A stretch of 64,000 nt of DNA from positions 149,670,001-149,734,000 of the forward strand of contig NC_086097.1 in NCBI RefSeq assembly GCF_963921235.1, given 5' to 3'. A program made the position numbers and the translations under genes. Each line of letters opens with the position of its first letter. Position 1 is the stretch's first letter. The notes beneath the pieces are model-generated. The model did no database searches, was not told where the DNA came from, and worked only from the letters and a program-made list of their open reading frames with translations. Source of the DNA: Mobula hypostoma. Taxonomy: Eukaryota. Shown piece by piece: positions 61,011 through 64,000 of the stretch.

Positions 61011-61439
61011 TAGTTGATGTTCTGGGCTGAGACCCTTCATGAGTTCTCGAAGAGAAAGGAGTAGAATTTGTGTCCTTTCATCTGGATGTTTCTGCAATTT
61101 TTCTTCCTTCACTCATACCATTTGTGATCCCGCATTAAAGTCATAGGGAGGTTTTGCTTTAAATGAATCCCATCGCTTCAATAATTACTGCCAAGTTGAT
61201 AGGCATACTCTGCATTTGACTTACTAGGAGCATAATTTCACATTTTATATTAATTAATTACTTAAAAAAGCAACAAAGTCTTTTCACTCAACGTTAAGTA
61301 TTGCTCTTCTAACAACTCTGTTTGTCGACCTACTTTGACGTGGTCCAACCTTGAATCAAATGAAAATTTGCATTATGAGATTCAGCTCCGTCCATGAAAT
61401 TATCCCTCACTGCTGTCACGGACACGAACAAAGGAATAC

Positions 61440-64000
61440 GTGGGTAACATTGAAAGACTTGCCGAATTTAAAGTGGAAGTAACATGATGATGGCTTCAGT
61501 CCGGAAAGTTGAAGAATTTGATAGCACTAATGAATGCATTATAACACAAACAATGTGGAGGAGCAAAAGAAACCCCCTACACTTCTTTGTTTAATGTGTC
61601 CTAGGACATACAGTCTCTTACGCAACTCAGTAACCCCTTGAAAAGCTGGTAAGGAAGATGTTCAATGGAATTGTTACAATTTTACAAAATCACTTGAGAT
61701 CTAAAGTGCTGATATTAGCTGAGATATTGAGATTTTACAAAAGGAATCTGTTAAAATGAAAGCCATTCTGAATACATTGCAGAATTGCTTGGAATTTCCC
61801 AGTACTATGACTTTCGAGATGGGCTTTCTGATGCATTAAGAGGCAGGCTTGTATGTGGTATGCATACTCAAAGCACTTAAAAGAGGCTACTGGCAGAAAG
61901 AGACCTAACCTTAGAATATGCATAGACCATTGCAGTATCATTAGACTGCAGCAAAAGATGTAGCAGAACTACAGCAAAGGAGGTTAGAATGTGAAATGCA
62001 CAAAAAGTCCCTGAATGGTGCAAAAAGCCAAAAGATGTTATTGATGTGGCAGATTCTCCCATGATGCAAATAACTGTTGGTTCAAAGGTCTGCAGAAAGT
62101 GTCACAAACAAGGTCACATAGAGAGATTGTGCAAGGCAGATGAAAAGCACAACCGAGTGAAAAGTCTCAAACACAAAACTAAGCAAATGCATAAAGCTAC
62201 CAAATGTAAAACAGCATCAGACAAACTAGAGTCTGACAAAGGTGAACTGTCATGCCTAGAACTGCATAGTATAATTGAAGCAGATCACAAAATCATCGGG
62301 ATCACAATAGATGTGTCAGATGTAAAACTGAAAATGTCAGCTTTGTCCATAATTCCAGAGGCTGACAACAACAGACTGCTTTCTAAGATTCCATTAGAGA
62401 AGACCTCAGTGATGCTAAAGACCTACTCAGATAAAGCAGTTAGAGCTTTATGTATTGTAAAGTGATGGGCCAGCACTTTTCAGACATGGATTTTTCTCAA
62501 TCATTCATCTAGATTGGTACTCAGTGTGTCATCAACAAACAATGGCAGTCCAAATGGTAGCACTAACCAGAGATTGTCACAGCTGCTTAATGCTAATGAG
62601 AAGCTATTTGAGAAAGGGATTGGTAAACTCAAAGCCATGAAGGCCAGAACTGAACTGAATGAGGCAGCAACACCAAAATGCCGTAAAGCACGTCCCGTGC
62701 CTTACATATTACCTTCTGAAGTGGATGCTGAACTGCAGAGCTTGGAATCGTCTGGAATTTTCTCCAAGGTTGAGTGGAGTGATTGGGCCATGCCTATTAT
62801 CCTGATTATCAGGAAAGGGAAGGCCAGAGCCGTTCGCATATGTGGGGATTTCAAGGTGAGCATCAACCCGGTGCTGTGTAATGTGGAGTATCCCCTGCCA
62901 CAAATAGAAGATATTTTTGCATCTTTGACAGAGGTTTTCAAAGATTGACTTATCACAAGCCTATCTGCAAATGGAGATTGAGGAGTCAAGGAGGAAGTTT
63001 CTCTCAATCAACACTAAAAGAACAAGGGACAGTATTATCGTCTCGTCTTTAACATCACATCAGCTCCAGTAACTTGGCCTTGAGGACATCATCGTGACCG
63101 GCGAAATGATGAAGAACACCTCCTGAACCTTGGTAAAGTGCTTACCAGGCTGAGTGAGTATGGTCTGTATGCAACAAGAGAGAAATGAAAGTTTTTTTCG
63201 AGAATGAAATCTCATTACGGACATGTCATTGACAAACAGGGCTTATATAAATCACAGAAATGGTTTCCAGAACAAATTGTGAGTGACAATGCACATGTCA
63301 GAAGAATTCCAACTGTTGATGAGAAAAACACGGCATCAGACATTTCAAGTCAGCTCCTCACCACCCAGCAACAAATGGGTTTAACCAAATCTTCAAGAAA
63401 TCCATTGTAGCGATTGTCAAGGGGGTCATTTCTCTAGAAGGTGGACAGCTTCCTCTTTGAGTATGAGAACTCTGTTAATGCAAAGACAGATCAAACACCT
63501 GCAACAGGAATCTAGGATCTTGCATAGACCTCCTGAAACCAGATGTACAGAGAGAAGTGCAGAATAAATGGTTTAGCCAGTTGCCAAGTGAAGCAGCAAG
63601 GAGCTTCGAGATTGGGCAGGAAGTCCTAGTGTGTGGTTACCGAGGAGAAAAGTGGACACCCGGTAGGATATCTAAAATAACTAGACCACTGATGCACACA
63701 GGGAATGCAGATGATCAGACAAGGAGACGTCATGTGGACCAGATAATGGATGCTCAATTGAAGAACACACCCGAGGCAACTGCATCCAACAAGACAGACA
63801 CACCGTAGTCGCTGGACTTGCCTCTCAGTGATGCTGTCACTGACAGCAATGTGACACCAGAAACTGAGAACTTTCTCTTAGACAAGACACCTACCAAACC
63901 TGATGTCACCCCACAGGTCCAGAGGCACTATCCTGAAAGAAACTGAGAACCACCCAGAAGACTGAATCTTTAGAACTGTGAAGCTGGTTATGGACTGTTA
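61440..64000 (+). mobile_element. Decayed, internally deleted Gypsy element (gag-PR-RT-IN remnants), running off the window
   Basis: CRKCHKQGHIERLC zinc knuckle; KARPVPY; SDWAMPI...VRICGDFKVSINP..YPLPQIEDIFASL; FPEQIVSDN; TRRRHVDQI. Confidence 0.88.

Overview
Eukaryotic genomic DNA, most likely from a cartilaginous fish (probably a ray or skate, inferred from the repeat families). The window lies inside the thyroglobulin (TG) gene on the + strand. Four coding exons of the C-terminal cholinesterase-like domain were read directly: 5994-6158, 11500-11667, 35648-35829 and 58900-59007. Their sizes (165/168/182/108 bp), AG/GT sites and compatible phases match human TG exons 42-45 as I recall them, and exon 44 carries thyroxine-forming site B. 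The introns are packed with decayed and often nested mobile elements: CR1 LINEs, Rex1/Babar, RTE, an AT-rich Crack/L2-like LINE, V-SINEs, two Gypsy LTR elements, hAT MITEs, a Chapaev3-like DNA transposon and Penelope-like elements. Almost all ORFs in the supplied track are transposon fragments or chance ORFs. The most notable signals are: (1) a short non-coding retroelement with a complete minimal hammerhead-ribozyme core and long target-site duplications, inserted sense to the TG pre-mRNA; (2) a candidate antisense promoter and first exon in intron 43 that could belong to the nested SLA gene (inference only); (3) a precisely delimited Chapaev3-like insertion; (4) three- and four-level transposon nests. 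Repeat boundaries are approximate unless a TSD or TIR is quoted. No searches or alignments were run.
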